Source of the DNA: Paecilomyces variotii
Lineage: Eukaryota
Strand: one strand, 5' to 3'
NCBI GenBank assembly: GCA_004022145.1
Contig: RCNU01000001.1
Length of the DNA stretch: 64,000 nucleotides
Part shown: one piece after another, positions 26,167 through 38,342 of the stretch
Numbering within the stretch: position 1 is the first letter of the stretch
Layout: the number at the start of each line of letters is the position of its first letter
The notes under the pieces: generated by a model
Database searches by the model: none
Told to the model about the DNA's origin: nothing
What the model saw: the letters and a program-made list of their open reading frames with translations, nothing else
Program-made: the position numbers and the translations under genes

Positions 26167-29131
26167 ATGGCCCAACTGCCCCCGGCCGACCCCTGCGCGA
26201 GCCTCCAGGGGCAACAGATCCTCAGCATCAGGACTTCGCCCAAGGCGCAGTCCGGGAGGGCGGAATTACCACGTCGTCGACAGAATCGGAGCTGTGATCA
26301 GTGTCGCAAGGGCAAGAGAGCCTGCGACGCGGCCATCGTGGGGAAGACAGGTTCGCCCACCTCATCGTCGACATCCAGTGGTTCTCCTGACACCGGGGTC
26401 CCTGCTGCGGGCCCATGTTCGAATTGCAGGCGATGGAGGAAGGAGTGCACGTTCAAGTGGCTCCATTCAGTACAGACCAAGAGTTCGAAGCGGCGAAGGA
26501 AATCTGAAACCGCTCAGGACAGCGCAGAGTGCGAACCGATCGCAGCAGCGTTGAATGAGTCGAACCTACAGATTCCGGGCACCTACGTTGGTCCACCGGC
26601 CGATCCCACAGCAAACCACGAGAATCCTTCGCTATGGGAGCAACAAGATCCACTGACCGCGGCCCTGCGATGGCAGGACTCGTCGGACAGCTCAGATCTG
26701 TCCGGAAGTAGAGGCCCTGATTCCGTCGAAGATGACATGTCAGTAGTAGAGACAGACGTAATCGGCTTTGCTATCAGGCACGACGAACCGATGCAGCATG
26801 AACAGACGATGAGAGGCTATCAAGGTAAGCTTGTTGATCCACCACGTACCTTTGGTAAAGCAGCAACAATAGTGATAAAGCTGTTACCATATGCTAACAA
26901 TGTCATTATTAGATCTAAATAGGCCTCAATCCTACCCTCCCAATTACGTCTCTGAGGAAGGTGAACACCCGCGTCGTCATGCCTTGCAATCAGAGAGGCA
27001 TCCTTATCGGAAAAAGACATCGTCGCCGCCAAAGACGGTCAGCGAGCTGCTACACCAGTCAGGAAAACTGTCACAATCTTTCAGTCGTTCTGCAATGACC
27101 CAAAATCTTCTTCGAATCTATCGCGACAGCATGGAGAATGCCCTGTCTTGTTGGCTTATAGAGAGAACCTGTCCGTACAGCGGACCAGTCACTTTGAGCG
27201 GCAAGAGACCGGACGTTCCTCCGCCGTTTTCTATGAAGTCCGAATGGGGTCCGAATTGGTCGAATCGAATCTGCACACGAGTCTGCCGCCTGGACCGCGC
27301 TTACTCGATGATACGCGGGCGGAGTTTGACTTCTACGGAAGAGAAGGCAGCTTCTCGGGCGCTCCATACCTCCATTATGGCCTTTGCTACGCAGTGGACG
27401 CAGACAGGTCGCCCTATTGTGGAGGATGGCAGCGCCGATTCCTCAATATCTCCGAAGGGTATCCATCGATCAATCCAGGAATCGTGTTGGAACCAGGCAT
27501 ATAAAGCGCTGAATGATTCAGTCGGTATAGAATCATTTCGCGTGGTCTTTGCTCACATCATTTTCTCTCTCACTCTACGGCCGTTGAACGTGAAGCAACA
27601 TCTAGAGGCCATGAATGCGCGGCGCTGTATCAGCTGCCAACGGAGACGAAGTTCTGTTAACTTGTCATCCGGAGAACCACCGAGTGACTGTACTTGCGGT
27701 GTATCAGACTTTTCAGAGCTGTCGGAGATACTTGACTCTGACAAGGCCCCCCTCTTCCTGGAGACGGCAGTTCGGCAGATGTACACTTATCGACACAAAT
27801 TGGCAGGGGTCCAGCGCCGTGGCGCCCTAGCTGGTCAACATAGAAGCGGAGGAGAAAGTCCATCGACAATGGATCCTTTCGCACCATTCGCGCCTCCAGA
27901 ACGGAGAGCGAGCATCGGTGGACCTCCACAGCCGAGCTCACAAACACAAATGGTGTTAAGTGCTACCGATTACGAGACTTTCAACCTACTCTTTTGGCTG
28001 GGTATCATGTTCGACACCTTGTCCGCCGTCATGTATCAACGCCCCCCGGTCGTCTCGGATGAAGATAGCGATGTCACCACTGCAATACCTGAAGAGCGAG
28101 CTCAGTCCACAGCCATGGAGAATGAAATCGATCTGAACGGATGGAACATGCTTTCTGTGTACGCCGATGCCGGGAAGAAGGGAAAGGAGATATGGGGTGA
28201 TTTCTTTCTTGACAAGAGACCTGTCACACGCTGGAAGAATATCACCAACTGGCCTTGTTCTTACGAAGAGGCGGCCGAGATCCTGTCTGATGCTGCGCCA
28301 GTCAAAGTGCTGATCTACCGTCGCCTGACACGCTTGCAGACGTTGATCTATCGAGGTGCTCCTGCCGAGGAACTTGAGGAAGCAGTTCAGGAGTCACTTC
28401 GGGTATATCAGTACTGGAACCATACCTACGGGCGGTTCATGCTAGGCTGCGTCACGCATCACGAGAGCCTTCCACCTCGAGTGCAGTCATGGTACATTCT
28501 CCTCGCCGCCCATTGGCATCTCGCCCCCATCCTGATGGCCGATATCTTGGACGGGACAGACAGAGCTGGTATAGGCGTCGAATCAGAGCGAGAATCGAGG
28601 CGCGCCACGCACTTTTCCTCTGCCTTGCGAAAGGAAAATGCCTTTGCTGTCTCAGAACTGGCTCGCTGCTGCAGTCATGACCAAGCTTCGTCTTTCTCCA
28701 AGGCCGCCGAGTTCCACGATGCGGTTAATTCCCAGGCTCTCCTCACTGAGCCATGGACAGCCGTTCTTATCCGCTCTTTCGCTCGAGCAGGATATATCCT
28801 TCTAGACGGTGTCGCTGCTCCGCCCTCGGGTGAGGAACCCCCAAACATCTACCTTGCGCAGCCCGGCATGCTCGAGGAGTCCAGACGACGCTGCCAGATG
28901 TGCATCGATGCTCTACGTTGGATAGGCAGAAAGTCAGACATGGCGTTCCTTGCCGCCAGAGCGCTATCCGACAGTTATGAGGCGAGAATCAATGGCGCCC
29001 GACGAAGCACCACGTCTGCGGAGATCTCAGAGATCCCATTCCCGGAAGTCGAAGTTCCTGACTACCAAACACACGATGATTGTTCACGCGATGACATTCT
29101 ATATCCGCTGGTTGGATCTATTGCTGGGTAG
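26167..29131 (+). CDS. alcR: Zn(II)2Cys6 transcription factor, AlcR-like, 2 exons
   Basis: RRRQNRSCDQCRKGKRACDA, then an unusually long Cys3-Cys4 loop, then CSNCRRWRKECTFKWL, which is the AlcR-type cluster. C-terminal blocks IYRDSMENALSCWL, EWGPNWSNR, DAAPVKVL and LLTEPW. Intron about 26825-26922. Orthologue versus paralogue is unresolved. Confidence 0.85.
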
Positions 29132-29256
29132 GGTAGGGTAGTATAGTTATTTGCTAGCGGTCACCTTGTATCCAGCCGCCATTAATTACCCGTATATACA
29201 GTGTATCACAATACAGTGTATCACATGTACTTTCCTTTCGCACGTGGCGGTGGGTT

Positions 29257-29612
29257 GGTCGCGAGGTGGCGAGGCGGCGTCTCGCGAGGTGGCGAGGTTT
29301 TTGTTACCAGTAGATTACTAGTAAATTACTATTTTATATTAAAATTATATTAATATATACTAATAGGGAATAAAATCTAAAATTTTTAAATCTGGCGGGG
29401 TGGTAAGTACAGGTAAATCTTATCTCGCGGGGCGGTAAGATTGTAATTGCTGTATTTTATACTAAATATTATTAGTTTTACTAGTAAAGTTTAATTACTA
29501 TTAAAACAGCTTAGTTGTAAATTACCATTATACCGCCCCGCGAGACCGTGTAAATAACCGTTAGATCTGTATTAAAATTAAGCAAATACAGGCTATTAAT
29601 CTTGGCTGATCT
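29257..29612 (+). repeat. Left TIR of the MULE-like element
   Basis: Reverse complement of 37987-38342. Confidence 0.95.
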
Positions 29613-30174
29613 ACTAGTATATACTGGTAGATTTTAAAATCTACAGATACAAGAGACTAAGTATTATTAAAGGCAGAAGATAAAAGGGAGTTAGTAAGTA
29701 ATGTCTCCTAGAATATACTAGGTATTACTAGTTACTAACCATAATAACTAATTAGAAATATTTAAGATAAATTATAAACTTTTAAAGTTGTAATTATATA
29801 TATATATAATTATAATTTTAATTTAAATATTCTATTTTAATTTATTTTAATATAAACTAAATATTACTAATATAACTATTAACTAATATATTTATATAGC
29901 TCAATCATTTTTTAGAGATATTATAATTTACTGAAATATAGTAGTTATTACTATAATCTAGCAGTCAGGACCAGTAATTACTATAGTAAGCTCACGGGAA
30001 ATGGTCGGCCCGATAGGAGAGTTCCTATACTAAGCTTAGTAAGCTAAGGGTTTATACAAACAATACAAATATTTTAGCGAGTAAAAAGTTTAAACACACT
30101 AAAAAAACTTCTACAACCTTTTTATCTTTAGATATTACTTTTCTTTAGCTATTAATAGTCTTATTAAGACTATT

Positions 30175-33100
30175 ATGGCTTTAGATCTATCTCAAAGACT
30201 CCTAGGAGTTATAGAATCTAATAATATTTCTGACTGGAATCAAAAAGATGATTATTCAGTTTATTCTACTGAAACTCCTAATATCTTAGAGATATTAGAT
30301 GAATTCGAGCGGGAGCCTCAGGATGAAGACTCTGATAACGAAGATCCTTTGAATACGGTATGTTAATTACTATTATATACTAATCTTTACTGTGATAATG
30401 TTTATATTACTAATACTATATTATAATATTAGATTGACAACCAACCTACTACTAGTATATCTAGTAGGGAATCTAGTAACCAATTACTAGATCCAGAGGA
30501 GTTACATCCAATCTCTACCAATAGTTCATTGGAGATATTACCTTTTTCTAGATCAACCAGTGTTGAACTAGGCACGAAACCGCTTTTTGGTATTTTCAGT
30601 CAAGCTAAATACCTCCAATATTCTCAGACAATACCAGAATACCCTAGTACTCATCCTGAAGGTGTTGCTTATTGTGTGAACGTCAGTAACCTGACGCAAT
30701 CCACAATCGATAACTATCATAGTCAGGTAAGTATTAATCTATATTGGTAGCGGTTATAAGAGTACTAATATATATTAGGTTCAATATGGTAAAGGTTCAA
30801 GAACAACCAGCAGCAGTAAGACGAAAGTAACTGCACATATACCATTTCTTAATAATACTGAATGTATTGTTAAGAAATGGCAATGTTCTGGTGTTCGTTG
30901 TTGTCCACATGTACCAGAACATATTCAGACTCTCAATCATACCGAAGCTTCTGAAAGTATTTGGTTACAACTAGTACTCAATCGACATGACCAAGAAAAC
31001 ATTACCAATAACCGAACGGATCAGCAACGACTAGAAGAAACCAGCAACCGACTCTATGATTCTGGGATTTACCAACGAGACCATAGATGTCCTGATTCCT
31101 GCCGTAATGGAGGCTTGAAACTTGGATATGATCACACAAAGGTAAGTACTAATTCCAATTAGTATAATCTAATATATTAGTAGTATAATTACTACCAGGA
31201 CTTAATACTAATAATAAATCTTATTAGGATCTATACTGGCTTAGGTGTAACCAATGGTTCCCATCTGATAGTGCACAGCATTATTTCCAGTATCTTCCAA
31301 GAACACTAAACTTTGACCACACTCACTTGCGTGAGTTATGCAACTCGCAAGCCAGTAATTCTAATCCTACCAGTACCACTGGTTATACTGGTATCTCTAC
31401 CAATACTACTTCAACAACAAACCCACGAATCTGCAGTTTAGTTGAATCAGTACGAGCTCGCAGTAAATATTGTGGTAAGGAAAATTTTTAATCCCTACTA
31501 AAACTAACTGGATATAACTGCTAATACTGGGTACTATTATATTACTAGCTTATCATGGCGTATCTAGTCCGATTCAAACAGTTCCATGTGATGTTCAATT
31601 TTTGTATATCACACCTAAAGACTATCAGCAAGTACCATTTGTACTGTTTGTTAGTTTTGGAACCCATCGACATCCACCACCTCCTACAGCAAAGGTACCC
31701 CGTGATATCTGGAATGATATTACTAAAATTATTCAAAAAACCGATACTCGGGGGCTTACTGTTGGTATGTTTTAAGATATATTAGTAACCCCTAATAATT
31801 ACTAATAAAATACACTATATACTAACAACTATTAATACTAGGTCGATTCATACGGAATAGTAATCTCCAACAATACCTAAAAGAGAATAATGCAACTAGG
31901 CTTTCTCAGATCCACCCAGCTTTGAACAATCAGGACATTATACGCCAGATGATATACAAAGAAAAGCTATTAAGGAATCCATTTGGCGAGAGCTATGACG
32001 GTAAGTATAAGCTATAATTATTAATATATACTGGTAGATACTAATATATCCTATAATACAGCGGTTCTCTTCCAGTTCCTAATGAAAACCCAAAATTCAC
32101 AAAGTCATGAATACATTCGTGATATGTACAATGATGGGGTAAATATTCGTATCATTTGCTTTTCTCAAGAACAATCAGTTGCTTTCAGTAAACAACGTTC
32201 TTTTCAAGTCGATATGACTTACAAACGCACTGGTAATGGCTTCAACGAAGTTGTTTTTGCAACTATGCCAGAAACAGTTGGTAACGGTATGTACTACTAT
32301 ATACTAATTGTTACTAAGTATACTTAATACTGACTAAGCCTATTTACTACTTTAGCGGTTGTCCTTGCTCGAGTTTTTGTGAATAAAGACTCAACAACAA
32401 TGTACACAAAGCTATTCGAAAAGATTTTCCCTCTTTTAGCCGCTACTAGTAATAGTAGCAGCCACCGGTTCAACTGGTGGCACATTGATGGCTCCGGGAT
32501 ACAAGCAGTAATCACCGATATGTGTCACAAACAAGCTGCTGGTAAGTATTATAATAATCGGTTTTAGCAATATATATACTAGTATAGTACTAATATTTAC
32601 TAGGCCTTGGTCGATACTTATATAGTATCGATAATACCCGATCTTGGCAGGAGCATATAATGCATACTACCATATTCTGTTTGATTCACTATTTCCGAGG
32701 TGTACATCGGAAATATCGGAGCTTTGATGCATACCAGCTTATGCGTCGGTTAGTTTCAGAAACAACTAAAAGCAACTGTGATCGAATCTTACAGACTTTA
32801 CGCAACCACAACAACCGGGATATCCGAACATGGGTTAAACATAAGGAGATTCCTTGGATCCTATCTGGTCTAAACGCCAATTACTCTCGGATGCCTTCAA
32901 TTACGTTTAATACCTACCAGAGGAATTCAAATGCAGTTGAAGCGATACACCATCGGGACCAAGTCTTGACTGGTACTGGAATTTCGTTACTTAGTGCTAT
33001 CATCCAGTAGGTAATATAACCTATTGGATAAAACTATTACTAACTGGGTCTATAGAGCACAAGATATCGATAACCGAGCTGTTCATGGAATTAACCAGTA

Positions 33101-33736
33101 TCTTGAAACTGGTGTAAGACCTGCTTCAAATTTGTCTACACCTCTAAGGCGTATTCAGAATCGACCAGTACAAGCTACACCGTCAATATCAACTGGTAAG
33201 TAATAAAACCTATTATATGGTTAATTATACGGAGACTATTATTATATATAAAATACTAATAAAGTACAGTTACATCTGGTATTGCTAGCCCAATTGATCT
33301 TACAGATAGCCCAGACCCTCCAGTGGCAACTCAGGCTATTCAATCTATATTGGATAGATTCAACTCTAGTGGTGTTACTGGTAAAAGAAAGCGAACTCGG
33401 CAGGCCATGACTACAGACCCTATTACGTCGCCTACACCTAACCAGAAAAGATCCAGAAAATCAGCAAATAAGAACCTAATACTGACAGCAACTGGAACTA
33501 CTGGACCTACTGATATACCTAGCTTTGAGAGGTTACCCTCTTTAGAGACTAGTAGTCAGTCAAGAAATACTAGGGTACCTAGTAACATTATGGCTTACAC
33601 CGATGAACCAGCTGCTACTGGTAACACCAATACAACTAACGACAATGATCTGGCATTTAATAGAGAGCTTACCGCTCTCCAAGATAATATCAATCGCCAG
33701 ATATTAGAACTTCGAAAGAAGTATAATAAGATGTGA
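30175..33736 (+). CDS. MULE-type DDE transposase, 11 exons, about 960 aa, reading frame intact
   Basis: Exons approx. 30175-30357, 30433-30726, 30779-31141, 31228-31474, 31549-31764, 31842-32000, 32062-32287, 32356-32541, 32604-33006, 33056-33196 and 33270-33736 splice GT..AG in frame without stops. Motifs GTHRHPPP, FQVDMTYK (D1), VITDMCHKQAAGL (D2), FCLIH (CxxH) and NSNAVEAIH (E). Confidence 0.85.
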
Positions 33737-33955
33737 GCAAGGATAATAGGTTTCGGTTTCAAGTTTTGTCATTTAGTATTACCAGAAGATGTTAGTGAGT
33801 TAAATATTATTAGTTAATACTAATATATTAGTCTATTAAAAAGAGATATATTATAAAATCAGTTTATTAAACTAGAACTACTAGTATAAACTATACTAGA
33901 TTACTGGTTACTAGAAAACCAGATAGTATTAAATTCTAAGTCTGAATTGCAACTA

Positions 33956-36070
33956 CTGGACCTAATTATCTAGTATATAGTCCTACCTAATATATAATTT
34001 TTCTTAAGGAATTTAGAATTTTAAAATATAAATATCTTTATAATTAGTAGATTAAATATTTAAATATTTAAATAAGATATTTTAAAACCCTTAAAAATAT
34101 AATATATATAATTTTTATAAAAAATATTAATATTAAAATAATTAAATCTATTATTATATATAATAATATTTAAAAATTATTTATTTATTTTAATCTTTAA
34201 TAAATTAATTATTTTTATTTATTTTATTAATTAAATATATTTAAATAATTTTTAAACTTAGTTATTTAATATATAATTTTATTTAAACTTTTACTAAAAT
34301 TTAAAAAATTTAAAATATAAATATTATTAATAAATAATTAAATTATTAAATATTTAAATAAAATAAAATTATTAGTTTTATCTTTACAATAAGCTTTATA
34401 TAAAAATAGAATTATTTATTAGATATAATAAGATTTTATATTTAACTTTCATATATCTTTTTATAATTCAAATCAAAAAATATTAATTTAATTAGATAAT
34501 ATCTGAATGAACCGACATTCTTACTAATTTTTAAATATAGAGATATTATTAATTTTTTAAAGATATTTTATAATATTATAAATAATTCAGATTAAAAATA
34601 AATTTAAAAATTAATTTTTATAATTATTTTGAAAGATATTATAATTATTATTAAAAATTAATAAATATATAGAATTTTAAATAATAAAAAAAAATTCTAA
34701 ATCTCTCTTATATAATTAAAATAAATAAATAAATAAAAATATTAAAAGTAAGCTTAAAATTAAATTAAAATTAATTTTTTAAATAATAATATTTAAACTT
34801 AAATAAAGAAAAATAATATAAATTTTAACTTTTAAATCTATATTATAATTTATAAATTTCTTTATAAATAAAACTTAAAGAAATTTTTAATTTAAATTAA
34901 AAGGAATATAATATATTAAAGAAGTATTTTTAATATATTAAATCTATTAAATCTATTTATAAAATAGTTTTAATAATTTAAATTTAAATATTATATATTT
35001 TAAGTTTATTCTAATATTTTTTATTATTTATATTTAAATATATTATATTATTAGAAAAATTTATTTATTTTTTTTAAAAAATTTTAAAATATTAAATTAA
35101 ACCTTTATTATAATAAAGTTATTTAAGAATTAATTAAAATAAATTAATTATTTAATAATAAATTATATAGATTAAATCTTTAATTTATTATTAATTTAAA
35201 AATATATAACTTTTAATTTAATTATTAAAAAAAATAGAATTTATTTTTAAATTTAAAAAATTTTTAATTATTCTTAATAATAGACTTTATAAAAAATTAT
35301 TAATTTAAGAATTAATAAAATATTTAATATATTTTAAAACTATTATTAATTTTTTAATATTATTAATTTAAAAGTTATTTTATATATTAATTTAAATATT
35401 ATACTTTTAATATAATATAATATATATTTTTATTATTTAATTATATAATATATAAAATATTATAATAATATTTAAATTATTTTAAAAACTATAATAAATT
35501 ATAATATTAATATTTAAATTTTAAAATATTAATAATATTATAAAATATAATATTATTATATTTTAAAGTTTAAAGATAAAAAAAGAAGTTTTTCTTATAA
35601 TTATTTTATATTTTTTCTTATATATAAATTATTTTATAAGTTAAAAATATTAAAAATTACTTTAAATTTAAGCTAAAAAATAAATTAAAAATTTCATTAA
35701 AAAACTTAATTAAATAATAAAAGAATTAAGAATTAAATAATTTTAAAATAATATTAAATAAGTTTATTAAAATTATAAAAAGATTTATAAATATTTTATT
35801 TATTTAAAAATTATAAAAATATTAATTTATTAAAAATTAAAATAAAAAAATTTAAATATTATTAAATATAATAATAGATTTAATTATTTTAATATTATTA
35901 TTATTCTATAAAAATTATATATATTATTATTTTTAGGGATTTAGAATACTCTACTTAAATATCTAATTATTTACTCTACTAATTATTAAGATATTTATAT
36001 TTTAAAGTTTTTAATTCCTTAGGGAAAATTATATATTAGGTAGGACTATACACCAGATAATTAGGTCCAG
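33956..36070. mobile_element. RIP-degenerate TIR transposon relic (Tc1/mariner-type by TA duplication), nested in the MULE
   Basis: TA|CTGGACCTAATTATC...GATAATTAGGTCCAG|TA with imperfect TIRs of about 200 bp. The interior is almost pure A/T with no ORF; length 2115 bp. Confidence 0.85.
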
Positions 36071-36238
36071 TAATAATGGAGATATTTTAAGCAGTGTACC
36101 AGTAAATTTACTAGCTACCAAAAGGGACCAGTATTAATCTACTACGGTCTACCTAACTGCCTTTACAAGAAACCAGCACCAACCAGTACCAACCAGCACC
36201 AAGCAGCACCAACCCATTGCCCAGTTGCGATTAGTTGC

Positions 36239-37364
36239 TCACGCCTTCGCCTTTCCTTTGCCTTTGCCCTTAGCACCGCTGGCCCCACCAGTAGTACCGG
36301 TAGCACTGCTCTCATTGGTGGTGGTGGGATTGTTTCGGGTCTTACGAGGTGGGTAGTAGCTATTGGTAAGGTTAGTAACAACCAGTATATCTTAGAATAT
36401 CAATACTCACTGGGAACAACTGTGATTGATCCTATCACAGGCCTTGTGCTTCTTGTTTGCACATGATTTGCAAGGACTAGTTGTATTAGTAAATACCAAT
36501 ACCAACCAAGGAAATAACATATACTAGTAGAACTGTTACATACCCGATGGTCGTCTCAGGGGATTTTGATCTAGCGGAGTCATCAGAGGAGTCCTCCCCT
36601 TCAGAATCGGTTTCTGCCACTTCGAGTTCACTACTACCATTAGATACTAGTATCACAGAGTATATTCTAGTAACTGCACTTACTGATCGCCCTTGCCCTT
36701 TCCCCCATCTAAAACCCTCAGGCCCTTAAACAGATCGATACGTTTGGATCCCTATTAGTACTACCAGTTAGTATCAGTAGAGAATCAACCGAATGAGTAT
36801 ACTCACGATATGAGATGTCTTGATGTGTTTGCGAATAATGGAACCCGAACCCCAAGTCGACTGGTTCGCTCTAGTAGGACCAGTCAGTACCAATACTAAC
36901 TGGGCAATTATACAACCAATTAATACATACGGCTCGTAGACGCAATATGGACAGCGTTTCGCACACTTCGGTATCTCCTAGTAGCTATTAGTACTCTCAA
37001 ATATAACCAATAAGGATTAGACGTAAATACTTACGATCTCGCCTTTGTACGGCCACTTCTTCTTCTCATGATGGGCGCAATCGCAAATTTTTTTCTTCCT
37101 GTAACTAATCAGAATAGTACTACCAGTAAATACCAATATGTAATAGACGTACACGATTTTGCTGCTCTTGGACGGGGTAGCCTCCTGCGCGTTGGGATTA
37201 CTGGTTAAACCAGTAGTATCAGTGGTATGACTGCCGCCAGTAGGGCCGGTGGGAGCAGTATAACCAGTCGTATCAGTGGGATTGGTGGTAACGGTGGTAA
37301 CGCCAGTGGTATCGTCACTGGCATTGGTAGTAGTATTACCGGTCGGACTGGTAGGGGTCGCCAT
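36239..37364 (-). CDS. Transposon-borne Cys/His-rich (zinc-finger-like) protein, 8 exons, about 243 aa
   Basis: Seven short GT..AG introns join in frame: Thr/Pro-rich N-terminus; KKKICDCAHHEKKK; CAKRCPYC-x16-HIKTSH; acidic stretch; CKSCANKKHKACDRINHSCSH; basic tail GKGKGKAKA* (TGA 36241-36239). An alternative ATG lies at 37409. Confidence 0.65.
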
Positions 37365-37810
37365 CGTACTAGTTGGTAGACTGTACCTACCTAATCTACC
37401 AATCGCCATCTGTTAGTAATTAGTACTTACCAAACATAACCAATATAACCGGAAACGCATAAAAAGTGGTAAGAAATGGGAGTAACCAGTATTGGCTTTT
37501 GAGCCTAATCATTGGTCGCGGTCGCAACTGCCAAGTCTGACTATCGCTTTCCCGTTCCCTATAAGCTCAAACTAGGGGATATAAGGTTTAAAAGAGACAG
37601 AATTAGAATAATAATAAACTCAGTGTATCCAGACACCTTTATTAGGGATTAAAAACAAGATTAACTAGGACTTACCTGTCTGAAGATGGTTGACGAAGGG
37701 AAGAAATTAAAAGGGATTAATCAAATGTGATTTTTTTTTCATATGGTGTTTGTGGGCTGAGTGAATAACATACTAGCCTAATTTGGAAATATAAACATCT
37801 ACCAGAGTGA

Positions 37811-37931
37811 ATCTGATATTGCCTAGTCTACTAGTCGGATATAGCCTACGAGTATACCAGTTGTATATAGCCTGCCACCAGTATACCAGTCGGATATGGC
37901 CCACTACTAAGGTATAAGTCGGATATTGCCT
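37811..37931. repeat. Five imperfect copies of an approximately 15 bp motif AGTCGGATAT(A/T/G)GCCT, subterminal in the MULE
   Basis: Copies start near 37811, 37833, 37859, 37888 and 37917. Confidence 0.7.
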
Positions 37932-37986
37932 GGCATACTAGCCGCGACTACCTTGTACCAGTACGTTTTAGTAGACTAGTTTACCA

Positions 37987-38342
37987 AGATCAGTTAAAAT
38001 TAATAGCCTGTATTTGCTTAATTTTAATACAGATCTAACGGTTATTTACACGGTCTCGCGGGGCGGTATAATGGTAATTTACAACTAAGCTGTTTTAATA
38101 GTAATTAAACTTTACTAGTAAAACTAATAATATTTAGTATAAAATACAGCAATTACAATCTTACCACCCCGCGAGATAAGATTTACCTGTACTTACCACC
38201 CCGCGAGATTTAAAAATTTTAGATTTTATTCTCTATTAGTATATATTAGTATAATTTTAATATAAAATAATAATTTACCAGTAACCTACTGGTAACAAAA
38301 ACCTCGCGACCTCGCGAGACGCCACCTCGCGACCTCGCGACC
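37987..38342 (-). repeat. Right TIR of the MULE-like element
   Basis: Reverse complement of 29257-29612. Confidence 0.95.

Noticed and set aside
34000-36000. AT-rich block as a centromere, organellar insertion or assembly junk
   Set aside because: Bounded by clear TIRs and TA duplications, so better explained as a RIP-mutated transposon.
37811-37931. CRISPR-like repeat/spacer array
   Set aside because: Eukaryotic context, degenerate 15 bp units, short and partly repeated spacers, and no cas genes.
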